Below, one piece after another: positions 61,952 through 64,000 of a stretch of DNA of 64,000 nt (position 1 is the first letter of the stretch; each line of letters opens with the position of its first letter). The notes beneath the pieces were generated by a model. It was not told where the DNA came from. It was given only the letters and a program-made list of their open reading frames with translations, and did no database searches. The stretch comes from Eledone cirrhosa (lineage: Eukaryota), in the NCBI GenBank assembly GCA_964016885.1, contig OZ024747.1, positions 48,484,001 to 48,548,000 of the forward strand. The letters are read 5' to 3'. The translations under genes were made by a program, and so were the position numbers.

Positions 61952-64000
61952 TTTCTTTATTGGCCACAAGGGCTGACATCAAGAAAAAACATTACAGACG
62001 GCACAGGACGGTACAGGACGGTACGATGTGGGTTTTGTGCGTGTAAATATTTTTATTATTTATATAAGAAAAGAAAAAAAAGGACATAGAAACATATATA
62101 TATATAAACAATAAAAATGAAAATTGAAACAATGAAAAATTCCCCAATAGGGGGGGGGGGAACCTCCGAGGGTTACTCGTGGCGAAAACCACACAAAAGA
62201 CCACGGCCACCCTGACCACCAGGGCAAGCGCCCTCTCTCAATTTTTCCATTTCTCAAACTACAGACGTATATTCAGAGCGGTCTCGTTCACTCGGACCAT
62301 TCTCGCTACATTCACCCACCTTTCAACAAACTTGCTAGAAGGCAGCACTTGCTTCTCCACCCTGATTTTCCTCTTCAAGTGAAACTTGAAAAAGTTAATT
62401 AGGGATTCGCCGAAGAGGAAAGTGTCTGTCTTTAACCCTTTTAACCTTGTCCACCACACAATCTCTTTCGCCATGGCCACCAGGCTGATGAAAACCGCCT
62501 GCCCTTCCTCCCCGAAGGAAGACGGCGAGACCATCTGCACAATGGACTCAGTCGATAACCGGATCAGTCATACACGCGACAGCAACTGTTCGACATAGCT
62601 CCACAAGTCAGCAATGCTCGGGCACTGAACGAGTGCGTGCACGACGGTTTCGTCGCTCTGTGCGCATCTCGGACAGGATCGGCTGACGGCACTTCCGTGC
62701 CTGTAGAGCTTATCTCGAACCGGCAGCGCTCCCCGGTAGCAGTGCCAGACCAGGGATTTTTGGAAGTTATCCATAGGCCCTGGGCTTAAAGTTCTCCGGA
62801 AGAGAGCAAACAGCTGATCTTCTTCGACGCCCAGGATCTCTCCGAGAATGTCGTCGCTCTTCTCCTCCACTAGTCCTCTATAGAACGCCGAGGTGGATGT
62901 TCCACCGATACTGCTGCCCAGCTGACAGAGGGCAGTAAGCGCCTGGAGACATTCCAGTTTCCAAGCGCTATCCCTCGGTCTTTTTCTGACCCAGGACTGC
63001 AGCAAGGAGACGAGCTGTGGGAAAACGTGCCTGGCGAACGGCGACCACACCTGTTCACCGTCAAGGAAGCACCAGAGATGTCGCAGCCTCACCGCATGTT
63101 TGCGCATCATCAGCCATGGCATGCCCAGTCCTCCACGCAACGGGTGTTGACAGCAGATGGATCGTCTGACCATGGGAGCGCGTCCCTTCCACAAAAAGTG
63201 GGAGAGGAGGCGCTCCATTTTGGTGAGAGTTGGGCTGGAGCAAGGGACGTCGGTGAGGCGGTAGCAGATGACGGATGCGATGTACGCATTCGCCACCTCC
63301 GCCCGGCCTTTCAGGGACAGCTTCCTCTCGGTCCATTTCTGGGTGAGGGAGGCCACCCTGCTCGTCACCTCGTTTCAGTTGTTCTCCATCTGGAGGTCCG
63401 GTCCGAACCAGACCCCGAGCAATTTAACCGGTCCGTCCGTCCAACGCCCCACGACGCTGTCGGACGGCATGGACTTGCCTCTCCAGGTGCCGAGCTGCAA
63501 GCCCACCGACTTTTCCTGGTTTATCTTTGTTCCTGTCACCGCTTCGTATTCCTTGAGAGCGGTGCCGAGCATCTGGACGTGTCTGGTGCTCGACGCCAAC
63601 GCGGTGACGTCGTCGGCGTAAGCCGACTCGGATTTCCCGCATCCTAGTTCGCGTGGGACGCCCCTCAACGCCCCCAGTTTGTGCAGTAACGGCTCGAAAG
63701 CCAATACGTACAAGAGGGACGAGAAGAGACAACCTTGGCGGACTGAGCGCATGATGCTGAACGGCTGCGACAGGTGACCGTTCACCCTCACAACTGAGCA
63801 GATGTCGCTGTACATCGCTGCGATCCAACCCCTGAAAACGGGCCCGAAACCGGCTGCCTCGAGGACTGCTGCCAGGTACCGATGGTCGACCCTATCGAAT
63901 GCTTTGGATTGATCCAAGTTGATCAGAGCCCCACCCGTGCCAGCTTCCTTAACCACCCTCTCTATGATGTATCGCATGAGGTGGAGGTTGTCATGTATGG
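61950..64000 (-). mobile_element. Diverged Tx1-like subfamily copy 4 (RT to 3' UTR, runs off the window), ending in (AAT)n at 61904-61949
   Basis: LDQSKAFD, YADD and the downstream region homologous to ORF2 with stops and frameshift; same AATAAAGAAATC-(ATT)n terminus. Confidence 0.92.

Overview
Repeat-dense, AT-rich eukaryotic DNA. The SINE families and (TA)n/(CA)n/(AAT)n load suggest an octopus-like cephalopod, but that is inference. No host protein-coding exon can be supported; nearly all real coding sequence is retrotransposon. Two unrelated non-LTR retrotransposon families dominate and share one target, the (AAT)n microsatellite, on opposite strands: a Tx1/L1-type APE-RT element (two near-identical full-length copies, one 3' fragment, one diverged subfamily copy) and a Dong/R4-type RT-RLE element (four copies). 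They are stacked in alternating antisense chains at 251-7731 and 17949-28224. A second layer is a set of type I hammerhead ribozyme motifs (canonical cores at 14219 and 15277; variants at 7749, 10653, 14832, 42359). Several are followed by AATAAA or sit in or beside fold-back inverted duplications, which is the signature of Penelope-like pLTR/retrozyme remnants. Also present: RTE, CRE, CR1, Vingi-like and other RLE fragments, a deleted mariner and a MITE, tRNA-derived SINEs, a 39-bp hairpin-unit minisatellite, cryptic trinucleotide satellites, and a possible minus-strand promoter/first exon near 50.7 kb.
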